Assembly: GCA_013239625.1 (NCBI GenBank)
Contig: MU056991.1
Coordinates: 12,241,119-12,305,118, forward strand
Length of the DNA: 64,000 nucleotides
Direction: 5' to 3'
Origin: Lama guanicoe
Taxonomy: Eukaryota
Shown piece by piece: positions 14,485-28,934 of this stretch. The notes beneath the pieces are model-generated. The model had not been told where the DNA came from and ran no database searches. It saw only the letters and a list, made by a program, of their open reading frames with translations. Position 1 is the stretch's first letter. Each line of letters starts with the position of its first letter. The translations under genes were made by a program, and so were the position numbers.

Positions 14485-15699
14485 ATCGAGAGCATCATTC
14501 CTTAGGTCTGTAAAGAATTCCATCTTGTGGATGGCCGTAATTTGTAATTTCCAAATAACACCCTGCATCCTCCAATTAGGCATTTAGATTGTTCCCAGGT
14601 ACTTGCTATAATGATGCTGATATACATGTAAGTATCTGTGTGCCTTTGTGACTCTTACCATTAGAGAGCGAGCTGCCAGATCACAGAGTATATGCATTTA
14701 AATAAGGCTTTTTAATAGTTTACCTTCAAGTGAAGTTATAACCAGAGGGTAAGAATGTGTTAAGACTTGTTTCGGCATTAAGAGTAGATCCTCTGTGATG
14801 CTGGCAGCAGTAGCCATGAGCACTAGCAGCAGACAGCTTCGTTAAGCCAAGCAGATTCCAGGATCAAAGCCCAGTGCCATTAGCTTCACTCAAAATAAAT
14901 ACCAAACACTGTTAGTTGCTAGGGACACTGTGATGGACAGAGCACAGTCCCTGCTCTTGTGTGTTCAAAAGTGAGAAGAGTTGAGGCATTTTCAACACAG
15001 CATGGTCTTGGCTCAGCCTGGATTCTCCAGATGGCAGGGGTAGAGTCCTGCGCTATTAGTATATTAGAAAGAACAACTCCAGAGAGCAGGGGTGAGGCGC
15101 AGGGAGGGGAGTATGAGTAGGTGCTAGGGTGTACTTTAGCATTGTCAAGCTGCCTGGCCGGAAGCCTGACTGACTGCTTGATCCTTTGGGACTATAGGGA
15201 AGGCTGTATGAACACAGTCTTACAACTGGCCCTGGGGTGAGACAGTGTATGGAGGAGGGCAGAATTTGTCCATCTGTCCAGTGTTCCTGGGTCCAAGGTT
15301 CACTCCGCTGCCCAGCGCTGCCAGTTTGGGGTGTGAGTAGGGCACTGGGCAGGTTCCCAGGCACAGGGCACCAGCAACCCCAGGGTGGGAAGTGATGAGA
15401 CGAGGAGGAGGTGAGGGCATGAGGGGAGTGTAAGTGCCTGCAGGGCAGCCTGTGCGGAGCTGGATGCTACAGTGGCAGCTGGAATAAGAATCTGCAGCAG
15501 CCAAGGGGACTTGGGGTTGCACCGAAAGTATCTGATCCAGTTCACACACACACGTGCTTCCCCAACAAAACACTCAGCCTTTTCTTGCTGGTGGCACTCC
15601 ATCCTGTGTCCTTTCCCTGCATTCCAACCCCCAAACACCACCCCCACTTTACTTGGGTTGTTTAACTGGGTCTCTTCCGGATTTTCTTTTTCCCTAAAG

Positions 15700-15828
15700 G
15701 ATGAAGAGGCGGTGAAGAAGCTGACAGTAAACCCTGGCACCAAGTCCAAGCTCCCCAAGCCTGTGCAGGACCTCATTAAGATGATCTTTGATGTGGAAAG
15801 CATGAAGAAAGCCATGGTGGAGTACGAG
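15700..15828 (+). CDS. PARP1: PARP1 exon 14 (helical domain start)
   Basis: cctaaag|GAT GAA...TAC GAG|gttact; [43 protein letters not shown]; 129 nt. Confidence 0.97.
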
Positions 15829-18642
15829 GTTACTGCACTTTTGTTTTATCTGGGAGCGTTTTCTGATTTGTGTGATGCCAAGTTCGGTGGCTGTTCTTCA
15901 GCCTAAGACATGTCGGAGCACTGAGGCCTTGTGGGCTTGCTCTTTTGCAGGGGATCCTTGGTATGTTGTGGAGAGCTGTCCCCTGGGTCCCCAGGCCCCC
16001 TTGCATTTTTCCCCTTATTATTGCAATGATGGGCTGTGTGGGCATAGTTCTTTTGTGGCCCAACCAAACAGGCCACCTGGAGCTGTCATAGAAAATCCGA
16101 GACATTTCCCTCTTAGAGTAAACGAACTGCTCTGACCAGCACTGACAGAAGTGCAGAGAGCTTCTGACACTTGCTTCTTCAGATAAAATTCATACCAGCT
16201 TTTTAAAGTAGAGACTGGGCATGGGGCTGTGTGGGGTGGGGTGATGGTTAGGTTAGTTGTGTCTCTGTCCAGGGATGAATGGCGGGGGCTACCAGCCAAG
16301 GCCAAGTTCTCTGTCCCCCTGGGAGGTGAGTGCAGAAGGGCCCCTTGTTCTTGCTACCTCTGGCATCAGAGCTCTTGGTGCTGACTTCCGGGGGCATTGA
16401 GAGCAGAGGGGGTCCAGGCACTGCTGATATCTAGCTAGCAAGCACAGGCTCTCCCTCTTCCCTCTCCACCGAGCCCAGAAGCTTCAGACGGCTCTGAAGA
16501 ACAAGCAGGGACCAGTAGAGAGGGCGAGAGCTGCAGATCAGCCTTGGCCATTCACCAGCTTGCTTGCTCCCTGCTGTTTCGCAGGTCCTTCCTAGAGGCT
16601 CCACCCAGCCTTGGAGGGGGACGGGACAGATTTGGGTTGTACAAACCACTCTGTCTGGAGCTCAGCCTGATGGGACTGCTCACGGCTCAGCTGCTGTTGG
16701 AAAAGAGAGCGTTGAGTCACATCCTAGACAACCCCTGACGGGTGTGCAGTAGCCAGGGCTTGTGCGATGTCTTGTTCAAATAGCTAAACACCCCAACTTC
16801 TGTTCGGGAGGTCTGACTAGTTTGAACAACTTGTCTGTGGGCTCACCAAGAATGTGGTTGTGTGAGGCAGAGGGAGAGAGGTATGCTGGGGCTGGCAGGG
16901 GGTCATCTTCATTTCATTAGTGTTTCAAAAGAAATATCTCACACACCATTTCCAGCTTCCAGTACTCTGGTTCATTTACGATTCATAGAATTTGTCAAGT
17001 GTGATCAAATCCTGGCTCTTTCTGTGCAATGACATGTTTTCTAGGTTGTTCTATGTCAAGACAGGGAACTAGTTTAGCAAGAAAGGGCCAGGGGCCTGCT
17101 GCGAGAAGGCAGCCTGTGGGAAGTTTGTGGAAAAGGGATGCCCACCCCCAGCCCGATGGATTCCACGTGGGTTGGGTGACCAGGTAGACAAGTAAACCTG
17201 GTAACCGGGGGAACCTCGTGCTCGCCATTGAGGCTGAGTCCTGGGCCTGGAGCAGAGTGGGGTCTGGGCGCTTGGCTCCAGCCGAGGGGAGAGTGTGGGC
17301 TGTGTCCCCAGCCCTGGACGCCTCCCCCTGGCTGCAGCGGTGCCTCGTGGCGCCCTGACCCGCGAACATCACTCCCACGGTTCACCTTCTCCCTACACGG
17401 AGCTGCTGTGGAGCCCCTGCCCAGTCGGGAGTGGTGGCAGCTTGTGTTGGTTGAGCCCTGCTCTTGTTCTTGTGGTCTGTGTGTGTCCATTTTGAAAGTG
17501 TACTTTAGAGAGACTAGGTCTTTTTAAAATTAACACCAAAATTACACAGCTCGGGGAAATGGCTTCTCTCAAGAGTATCTGCTTTCTCTGGTCACGCTGC
17601 CCTGGGTCAGAACATCTTTTGAGTTCCTTCTTTAGAATTGCTTTAGAGCCAGCTCATAGTCCATGCTGAGGTCACTCTGCTCTTTTATTGTACTGTGTTC
17701 TTGGCTCAAAATAGATTATCCACCTTCTTCCCCGGACTTAGCTCCAACTATTAACTCTTCCCAGAAACCAGCTGTCCCCTCGGGATGGATGGTATTGAGG
17801 GAAGCGGACATGCCACAGCTTGTGGCCATCAGGAGACGCTGTCACCCCTGGCCCCTGCTGGGTGCCTAATGGGCTGTGAGCACTTTCACATTTCACTTAA
17901 TCAGCAGAGCGGTTCGGTTTCTCGAGTGCTTATCCAGCTCTGTCTCTGTTCCAGGCACTGCAGGTGCTAGAGATGTAAAGGTGGGGGCTCCCAGGGTTCT
18001 CCGGGGGACAGACTCCGGGGACAGAGCAAGGGGCCCCTGGTGCACTGATGTGGGAGGCGCTGGGTCAGCATTCGAGCAGGTCGCTCCCACAGGGAGTGGG
18101 TGCCTCTTACAGGTGGGAAGCCAAGGCCGGGGGGTGCCTCGCTCTCTCGCTGGTGACCAGGCCTCTGGTCGCAGAGCTCATGCTTCTAGAAGGCTGCAGC
18201 CAGCCCGCCGCCCCCCTTGATGCTGCTTCCCAGGTGTCATGAGCAGCAGCAGTGTTGGGATGACTGGCTTGAAGGGAACACTGTTGACTCATATGTATGT
18301 GTGTTCAAGGGTGTGTCCTTTTAATAATAATTTCACCACTTGATGGCTCTTGTCTTCCGGCTGGGAACGGCTTTAGCTCTGAGACCCCAGGGAGGGCTTC
18401 CCAGGCGCAGCTGATCCTCACTTTGAAATTAGATGAGGAGTCCTGCTGTGCCTTCTTCCAGAAGCGTGGAGCTGTTTCAACCTGAGCACAGGGGTGGGGG
18501 AGTCCTGGCTGGCTTATCCCTGCTGTAAATGAAGTGAGCAAGAATCTTCTTTCAGAATCCTGTCCCCTGCATTGGGTTGGTGCTGCAAAGCCCGTGGAGT
18601 TGGGTCACTGGGTCTCCCAAGGAGGACCGGGCAGGCTTGTGA

Positions 18643-18975
<333 letters not shown>

Positions 18976-20135
18976 TGATCACAATACTAATGAATTAATG
19001 ATGTTTTCCATTACCAGATATGCAGTAAACTCCCTATAAACTTGTTGAAGAATTTGGTTCTCTTCCCTCATTTTGTGTGTCCTTAAGAGAGGTTGAGTTT
19101 ATTTTGCAGTTACTAGGAAATCATCGAATTGAAAGTTAAACGTTGTGTTGCTTTCATTCATGTTTATTCAGCATCACCTTGCTGAGCATCTCCCCAGGTT
19201 CCCCAGACCCGGAGCCTTCACGCTGTGCCCCGGAGAGGCAGGAAGGTTCCGCTTGTGTTTTGCAGGTGGCATGTAGGCTTGGACTGTGAATGAAGAAAAG
19301 CGTGCAGGAAGCTGAAGTGGGCCAGGGGAGGGGGACTCTGCCTGGTGCTAGAGAGAAGGCCCTCAAGTGCAGAAACTAAATCTCATTACAACTGGTCCTG
19401 AGCAGGGACCTCTTTCCTTGTTACCCTCTGCCTGAGACCTGAAAGGCTTTCCTCAGCCCAAGCTCTTTCTCGTTCCAGAATTTCTGGGTAGAAGGGCTGC
19501 TCATCACACTGAGCAAACTATAAGCTGCTCACTGTGACCTGGAGAAGCCCATGTCACAGTGAGCAGCAGACTAGGGACTTTGCGCCTGCAGGGTGCCAAC
19601 TCATTGCCCTTTACTGTCGCACAGTCACCTAGGAAGTCTGCAAAGTATGCAGAGATTGGTGATCCAGCTCCTCCATCTCTGCATTTATTGAGCACCTTCT
19701 GCACATGGAGAGGAAAGCCTTTCTGTGTCTGGCCACTTGGACCTCCAGGAGCAATAAAAACAAATTCCCTGACTTAAAGATAAAGTTCCTTGGCCAAAGG
19801 AACCTGACTGAATTTTATAGCAATGAGGTTTTTCCCCCCCTTTAACATTTTATTATGAGAAGTTTTCAGATATACAAAAAGTTAAGAGAATTTTACAGCA
19901 ACAGCCATGAGCCCACCACTGAAATGCTGTAGTTAACATTTTGCAGAGCAGTGAGGGCTTTACACAGCTCTTGGTATGAATGCAGTTTTATATGGGGAGC
20001 CTGGTGTGTGCTGAGCACGCAGTTTGAGGATAGGATCCTCGGCTGCCCAGTTGCATGACACTCTCAGAAGGGGGTTTCCTGGCCTGGGCGTGCACCGGGC
20101 TGCCTCGGGACTCCACTGCAGTGCTCGGCTCCTAG

Positions 20136-20423
<288 letters not shown>

Positions 20424-20890
20424 TGAGGGCAGTGGCCAGTGCTGGCAGGGCCATCTCTGGGCCCTCATTTTGAAGTGGGGTGTCTACTCATATAGGGAGC
20501 CTGACCATGGGCAGAATAGTCAGTTTTTCCTGCCCTTGTTGTACTGCATCAGTGTGGGGAAAGGAGCCATATGAGAGGGGAGCATCTTTCTCTCTGCTTC
20601 ATAAGGGAGCCAGGGATAGGTCCCCCCCTGTCACCAGTGTATTCCAGAAGAGAGACAGTTCTTACCACAGCCATGTGGCTTCTGCCTCTTCTCCTCCAGG
20701 GACCAGGCTCCCCTTAGTGTTCTGTAAATCCCTAGAAATGTTTAGATGATGGACTTTCCCTGAGCAGCTGGGAGGGGCCCGCTCACTGTCTGTGTTGAAA
20801 GTTATCTCCACGTCAGTTATTTCTGCCAGAACTGGGTGAGGCTTCCTCTCACCTTGTGCTTAGCTCAGGGTTTTTCTTTTGTTCCTCCAG

Positions 20891-21019
20891 GCCAAGGTGG
20901 AAATGCTGGACAACTTGCTGGACATTGAGGTGGCCTACAGCCTGCTCAGGGGTGGTTCTGATGACAGCAGCAAGGACCCCATCGATGTCAACTATGAGAA
21001 GCTCAAAACTGACATTAAG
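20891..21019 (+). CDS. PARP1: PARP1 exon 17 (HD helix F to ART)
   Basis: cctccag|GCC AAG GTG...ATT AAG|gtaata; [43 protein letters not shown] (Val at human V762); 129 nt. Confidence 0.97.
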
Positions 21020-22471
21020 GTAATAGGGCCCACCCTTTCTGAAGCACCCTGACCTCTCATCCCAAGAGCAGAGGTCCCCAAAGTTGAATGTACATCGGGA
21101 TCTCCTGGAGAGCTTTATTAAAACAGATTGCTGGAGTCCAAGGATCAGTCGTCCTAACAAGTTCCCAGGTATTGCTGCTTGTGGTGCTATGAGAACCCCA
21201 GAGCGTTTCACTTGTAAAGAAGCACCTTGTTCACAAGGCAGGCTTCCAAGCCAGGGGCTCAGCTTAGCAGAGACCTATTTTTGAGAGGGCTTTAAAGTTT
21301 CGTTTTTCCTCTTAATCTAGAGAGGGTCTCTGTATTTGGAGATTCTTGTGACATGAATTCTAGCAAGTCTGCCACTGTATCCTGCTTTAGACGTGGAAAT
21401 GCCTGAAAGCAGCTGTAATAAAAATACGATGCCTGGTGGAGTCAAAGTGGCTGTGTTGGTGCACACAGTCTTTGAACTTGGGTGTGTTGGAGGCTTGGGC
21501 ACAAATCACCCTGCCTTGGCCACCTGGAGGAGGAGTTTCTTCCTCGGCTCCCAGCTTGCGCTGGCCTTGATCTGGTCTCACATCTCCCGTGTGCCTTACT
21601 TCCTCAGTCTCTGTGTCCTTCCTTGCAGTGTAAGGGGTTCAAGTGCACTCCAGTCTTTTGAGCCTGGTGTGGTGTGTTTATATCACTAAAAAAAAAAGCC
21701 TTGGCTCCTTGCTTAGGACAAAGCGTAGATCTGTGGTGTACGCAGGAGAGGACACCAGATGGCGTGGTTCTTTGTGAAGGGGTTGTTATTCTCTCCATTT
21801 ATGATTCTGAAGCTTTTTAATTAAGAGGCAGTGAGGAAGACCAGAATTCCTGAATTCTCTGAACTTTGGATAAGAATATGAAAGCATAAGAGAACACACA
21901 TAGCTTTTCCCATAATCTACTCATATTTATTTAGCATAGATTACATTATTTGACAGTTATATGATGGGCATATATTCTGAGCCACAATGTGCATGGCCCT
22001 GAGGATTCAGACGAGATGTAGCATTTGTCCCCTTCATCAAAACCCCTGTACTCTGTCACATCCTTGCTGCTTTTGATTGCAAGTCTTGACTGTGGGGTGT
22101 CTCCTGGTCCTGGTGTTTTAACTTGCAGTGAGCTGGACAGTACCTGGGGGGCAGCTCCTTGTTCTGGAGGTTCCTGTTTCCCCTACAGTGAGCCCTGTGT
22201 TTCTAGCTTTCCTGATACCTCAAAGCATAGGGTTTTAAGACAGAAGGGTCGCCGAGATCATCCAAATAGATGATGAAGAGGCCATTACTGGGGGAGGTGG
22301 GACTGCTGGCCCAGCACCTGCCCTGGAACATGGGGCTGGCTCTGTCCCGCCTGGGGCTCCACAAGGGCCATGTGTTACCTGTGCATCACTGAGCCTGTGC
22401 TTGTTCTTCCTGCCTCCAGGTGGCTCTCCTGGGGGCTCCTTTGCTCTAATTTCCAGACGCCTTTCTTCTAG

Positions 22472-22675
<204 letters not shown>

Positions 22676-23049
22676 TAACCAGAGGAAGTGACTCAGTTGT
22701 CTGTAGAACAGAAAAATATGTAATCTTACGGTTTTGGGGTGGCCTGTTACTCAGTTTTAAAGGACTTTTCCTACCATAAGACCTAGTGTGGCATCAGAGC
22801 TCCAGAATCAAATGCCTCAGGGGTGCACCTGCTACACGTAGTATTAATTTTAACAACTGGTCTCTGCTCGGTGGAACCTAGACTAACCATGTTGCTCCAT
22901 CCCAGCCTGATTGAAACATCTCACATACTACAAAAGGCCTTACATGTTCCAGCTCTGTAGACAACTGGTCATTCCTCCTGCATCTAGTCAGATCTTTCAG
23001 TTAACCCGAGTAACAGGTGGCTCCATCCCTCTCTCTCTCCTTTATTTAA

Positions 23050-23310
<261 letters not shown>

Positions 23311-23719
23311 TGAGAAGTGTGCATGCCCCGGTGAATAAGGGGCCTTGTTTAAAGATGTAGGTGTTGGCTCATCTGTGGCTGATGAGGCCGATGTTGCCAA
23401 ACGTCCCTCTCCTGACCCTCACTGTCGAGGGTGTGGCTGCACCTTATCGAGCATGGTTTCTGGAATAAAGGAAGTAATCAGATACGATGACTGGCAAAGA
23501 GCAGGCCAGGCTGCATTCAGACCTGCCCCTCCCAGCTCCACGTCTGCCTCAGTGACAAGTAGAGCCAGACCCAGACGTGGGATTGTTGTGTCATTTGCTG
23601 GATTATAGATGTGACCAGCTGGACAGGAACTTAGCTGTGGTCTTCCAGGCCCCTCATTTTGTGATTGTGAAAACTAGAAGGCAAAGAGGCTTGACGACCG
23701 GACTCACCGGTGCTGTGAC

Positions 23720-23975
23720 GTGTGACTTGGGCAAACTCCCTAACCTCTCTGAACCTCGTTTTCACTTACGAAAAGTAATAAAAATAAGACACATTTATTG
23801 GGTGTCCATATGGGCTAGGCCCTGGTCTGAAAAACTGTTACTTACTCATTTAATTTTCACAGCAGCCCCATGGGGTTACTTTCCCCCTGTTCAAGAAGAA
23901 CGTGTGAGGTCCACGGAGGCTGAGTAACTTCCTGCAGCCCCTGGGTATCTGGCAGAGCTGGGATCTGAACCACCT
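23720..23975. mobile_element. MIR fragments (two, opposite orientations) in intron 19
   Basis: tgtgacttgggcaaactccctaacctctctgaacctc, then catttattgggtg...ctcatttaatt...gaggctgagtaactt...ggcagagctgggatctgaacc. Confidence 0.6.
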
Positions 23976-24085
23976 GCGCCTGAGTGCAGGCCTCAGTGAC
24001 CCCTGCAGGGGGGGCGCTGTGAGACGTGGGAGAAGGGTGTCGCACCTCTTAGCCTTGTTGCCTGGCTCATAGGTGGTGCTGCTAA

Positions 24086-24259
<174 letters not shown>

Positions 24260-24389
24260 TGAGTAACCCTGGCTTTGGGGCTGGTGGTAATTGAAGGAGG
24301 TGGGTGCTGTGAGCTACAGGGAGAGAGCTTCCTTTGGCTGGGAGGTGATCCTAGAAATTCCCCACCACAATTAAGAGGACTCACCAGTT

Positions 24390-24750
24390 AGGCAGTGGGT
24401 ATCAGACACCAATTCAAGTTAAGCAAACAAGGAAGTATAGGAATGCCTCACAAAGCCCAAGGACGGGAGTATAACCAGGCCTCAGGAACTGGCCGTGTAC
24501 ATTCTTTCCGTGGACCAGGAAGCAGAGAGAGTGATTTGCACAAAGAATGGTCACCTCCTAGCCTCTTTCCACCAGCTGCTGTTTAGATTTTCTGTCTGAG
24601 GCCAACTCAAATTGAACTGCAGTTTTAATCCTGGTTACAAATTCCCTGCAGAGAAGATCTGATTGGTCCACCTTGGATTGGTTGTCCACCTTGGTCCTAT
24701 CAGCTATAACCCAAAGAGCAGGGTAATGTAATACCAGGGATCATGAACTA
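24390..24750. mobile_element. Old MaLR (MLT1-type) LTR fragment in intron 20
   Basis: caaattccctgcagagaagatctgattggtccaccttggattggttgtccaccttggtcctatcagct block typical of MLT1K/L-like LTRs. Confidence 0.45.
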
Positions 24751-24969
24751 GACAGAAACCTCCTGAGTGGCCCCATAGCAGTGATCATTGGCACAAGCTG
24801 TTAAAAAAAAAGGACTGCACCTTCAGTTTCTAGAGCCAGAGTGGGAGGAAGCTCCTAGCAATGAAGGTGGACCGGGTTCTGTGCATGTTTGCCTAAGCAT
24901 CTCTTGTGACCTTGCTCTGATAATCAGAGTGTTGATTTGAGAGCCTGGGGCCCTCAGAGGCTCTTCTGA

Positions 24970-25092
<123 letters not shown>

Positions 25093-25509
25093 TGAACAGC
25101 ACAGGGAGAGAACTTTCTTTCCCCTAAAGCCCCATTCCTATGGCTGGCTCTTGTAGTTTGACTCTCTGTGGCTGTAGCTGGTGTCACAAATGCCATAGAG
25201 GAGTCTTGGCTCATGCTTCACTAACTGGATGCATTGGCTTTGGGTTTTAACCTGACTTAGCTACAGCATTGAGGGACCTCTAGTGGCACAGTGGTACCTG
25301 GGACTTCTTGGGTTGCTGAAGCTTGTAACATGATTTAGGGTCTCCTGCTGCCCAGTTGAAGTGGCTGCTTTAGAGTTCTCAATAGAAAGCAGGAGATGGG
25401 AAGAACTACTGTGCTTATGAAGATCAGTTAAGGATAATACCCTGGTATACTTGATACATACCTACAGTTTTAATGTCTTGAAGAAGGATACAGTATGGGA
25501 TTTGTATGT

Positions 25510-26502
25510 CTTTTTTTTTTTTCATTCTTTTTTTTTTATTGAAGTATAGTTGATTTACAATATTGTATTAGCTTCAGGTGTACAGAAAAGTAATTCAGTT
25601 ATATATATATTTCAGATTTTTTTCATAATAGATTTTTACAAGATGTTGAGTATAGTTCTCTGTGCTATTCAGTAAATCCTTGTTGTTTGTCCATTTTGTA
25701 TATAGTAGTGTGTATCTATTAATCCCATACTCCTAATTTATCCCCCTCTCCTTTCACCTTTGCTAACTACAAGTTTATTTTCTGTCTCTGAGTCTGTTTC
25801 TGTTTTGTAAATATATCCATTTGCATTATTTTTAGAGCCCACATGTAAGTGATATATAATATTTATCTTTGATTTACTTAGTGTGCTAATCTGTAGATCC
25901 ATCCATGCTTCTGCAAATGGCATTGTTTCATTCCTTTTTTGTGGCTAAGTAGTATTAGTAATATTCTGTTGTATGTATGCAACATCTTTGTTCAGTCATC
26001 TCTTGATGGACACTTAGGTTGCTTTCACGTTTTGGCTATTGTAAATAGTGCCTCTATGAACACTGGGGTGCGTGTATCGTTTTTTTTAACTTTTTAAATT
26101 TTTTCTTTAACTGAAATATAGTTGATTAACAATGTTGTGTTAGTTTCTGGTGTACAGCATAGTGATTTAGTTACACATACATAATATGTGTGTATATTCT
26201 TTTTCATATTCTTTCATTATAGGCTATTGCAAGGTATTGACTGTGCTATATAGTAGGACCTTGTTTATTTTATGTATAGTAGTTGTTGTCTGTAAATTCC
26301 CAGCTCCCAATTTATCCCTCCCCGCCCCCTCTCCCTCCTGATAACCATACATTTGTTTTCTATGTCTGTGAGTCTGTTTCTGTTTTGTAAATACATTCAT
26401 TAGTTTTTTTTGTTTTTGTTTTTGTTTTTTTTAGATTCTACATATAAGAGATATCATACGGTATTTTTCTCTTTCTGGCTTACTTCACTTAGTGTGACAA
26501 TC
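25510..26502 (-). mobile_element. Two tandem antisense L1 3'-end insertions filling most of intron 21
   Basis: Copy 1 ~25510-26078 and copy 2 ~26080-26502; each has poly-T then gaa(g/a)tatagttgatt and shared tgagtctgtttctgttttgtaaata. Confidence 0.85.
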
Positions 26503-26568
26503 TTTTCCCTGGAGCATTTTCAACATCTGTTCTCACAAATCAGATCACTTCTGCCTTCTGTTTTGTAG

Positions 26569-26683
26569 GTTTAGGCAAAACTACCCCTGACCCTTCAGCT
26601 AGTATTACTATGGATGGTGTAGACGTTCCCCTTGGGACCGGGATTCCATCTGGTGTGAGCGACACCTGTCTACTGTATAATGA
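26569..26683 (+). CDS. PARP1: PARP1 exon 22 (ends inside the catalytic Glu codon)
   Basis: ttttgtag|GT TTA...TAT AAT GA|gtatcctttt; [38 protein letters not shown]; 115 nt. Confidence 0.97.
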
Positions 26684-27015
<332 letters not shown>

Positions 27016-27282
27016 GCTGTGAGGTGTGGCTGAGTCGCAGCCCAGTGACTGGTGTGAATTCGCCTGATGGGCTTCACCCTGACCGACCAGGCAGAGACCT
27101 CAGCTAGGTTGCCAAGGGATAGTACCTTCACTAAATCTCCTTAGAAAGGATTTTATATGAACACTTGATCACATGTTAAATGATTTTCCCAGCTTTTCCA
27201 ATCCCTTTTTGTGTTGGTCAGGGCAGGGGAGGGGGGTTGTTTTGAGGGTTTTTTTTCTGCCAGCCATAACCTTGGTAGATAC

Positions 27283-27290
27283 AACTGACA
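27283..27290 (+). promoter_or_regulatory. miR-223-3p 8mer site in the PARP1 3' UTR
   Basis: AACTGACA is the complement of miR-223-3p nt 2-8 (GUCAGUU) plus A1. A miR-7 7mer-A1 site (TCTTCCA) is also present at 27411-27417. Confidence 0.55.
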
Positions 27291-27482
27291 GTAGAGGAAA
27301 AGTTGGGGAGGGTTTTTGTGTGTGTGTGTGAGTCTAGACTAGTCCAGTGAAAGAATCAAGCCACGTTAGAACGTCTGCCTTACTGGTTACCCCAGGGAAG
27401 GAAAAAATAATCTTCCATCCTTACTTCTAAGTGTTCATCTTTAGTTTTGGAAAAAATGTTAAAGCATTTATTTTGAGGTAAA

Positions 27483-27488
27483 AATAAA
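27483..27488 (+). terminator. Proximal PARP1 polyadenylation signal
   Basis: AATAAA followed by T-rich sequence and a 40-nt T-rich tract at 27551-27590. Confidence 0.6.
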
Positions 27489-27562
27489 AACTAATTTCAT
27501 ACTATTTAAATTTTCTTTCTTATTTTGCATATATTGTCACCCTTTTTAGCTTTTTGTTTTTG

Positions 27563-27593
<31 letters not shown>

Positions 27594-27792
27594 AAGGAAC
27601 ATTAACAATTTCTCATACTTAGAAACAAAAAGCGATTTCCTTATCTAGAGACACTTGAATGTGGAAGCTCTCAGAATATGTAGTATAGTAGTTTTGAGTT
27701 GCATTTGAAATTCTCAACTTTCCTATGAGCAATTTTGTCTTCGAAATTAAAACTATATCACCGATATACCCAAGGGCTAATAGTAATTCTGA

Positions 27793-27798
27793 ATTAAA
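27793..27798 (+). terminator. Distal PARP1 polyadenylation signal
   Basis: ATTAAA followed about 15-30 nt later by GT-rich tttgtgtgttgtgtgtttg; a second ATTAAA at 27746-27751. Confidence 0.55.
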
Positions 27799-28934
27799 AC
27801 CAGCTTCTGTATTTGTGTGTTGTGTGTTTGGTCTCATTCTGACTACAGATCTGGCTAATCTTCACGGCGCACAGAGCCTGTAGGGTGTAGAGACTACCCG
27901 TATCTGTGAAACCCAAGAATATGCCAGGCAACAGACAGCAGCACCCAGTAGGGATGCTTGGTCTGAGTGACAGAAAACCAAGCAGAGGAGGGCAGTCCTC
28001 CTTTTCTTCAGTTTACCAGATACTTTTTGGTGATAAAACATGTCAGCATGTTCTGTCCTGTGGGGTATTATTTCATATATATCGTATTGCCTCATACTAC
28101 TACTGTGTATTTGAGAATGATGCTTATTAAATATTTACATTAGGTTCCCCGAAAGCCAGGGTGGTATCTTACGACACCCTTGACCTTTTACAGGAGAAGG
28201 GGAAGTGTGAGCCGAAAGGTAGAGTCACAGGCAAGAGAGGGCAGCAGAGTGAGCCGCTGTCTCAAATCCAGAAGTTTCTGTTTTGGTGTGGAAAACAGAA
28301 GACAGACATTCAAGACAGGAAAGAAGAAAAACACGTTCTCTCTGAGTTGAACTACATTTAAGTGATTATAACAGGTGCAGTTTATGAACGGTGGTTGTGT
28401 CCCTTAGTAGCCATGTCTGGGACTCCCTGCAGTCAGCAAACTTGGAGGGCCATACAAACCCAAGTTAGATTTCGGATAAGGAAACGGACAAATCGATTTG
28501 CTAACAGAGTCCTTGTGTCTTTTCATTGTCTTTAACTTTTGATGAAAATCCTTAGCACCATGGACTTGAGGTCCCCTCTCCTGATTAGCCAGCTATTCAG
28601 CAAGGCTCTCAGGCTCTCTACACACTGAATATTTTGTATTCTTAGCCTTTTTTTATCAGCACAGAGAAAGGCAATTACCCTCACAGGACCTGATTGAACA
28701 ATATTTTTAGGCTGGAGTGATTGCTTAATGGGTTCTCTGTAATCAAAGCTGATTTCTTTCTTAAAGAGAGATTCACATTCCTGTTTCCATATTTTCCTTG
28801 TAAAAGAGGGAACTTATGTTTCAATATTCATATTTTGGTTTTATTTACAAAAATCAGGGTAGCAGCTAAAATGAATGCATTTGAATTAAAAAATTTTTTA
28901 AGACGGCAGCAACGGCCTTCTGCAGAAGCACAGG

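Noticed and set aside
28140-28710. Possible LTR-like segment downstream of PARP1
   Set aside because: Could not assign a family or termini from sequence alone.
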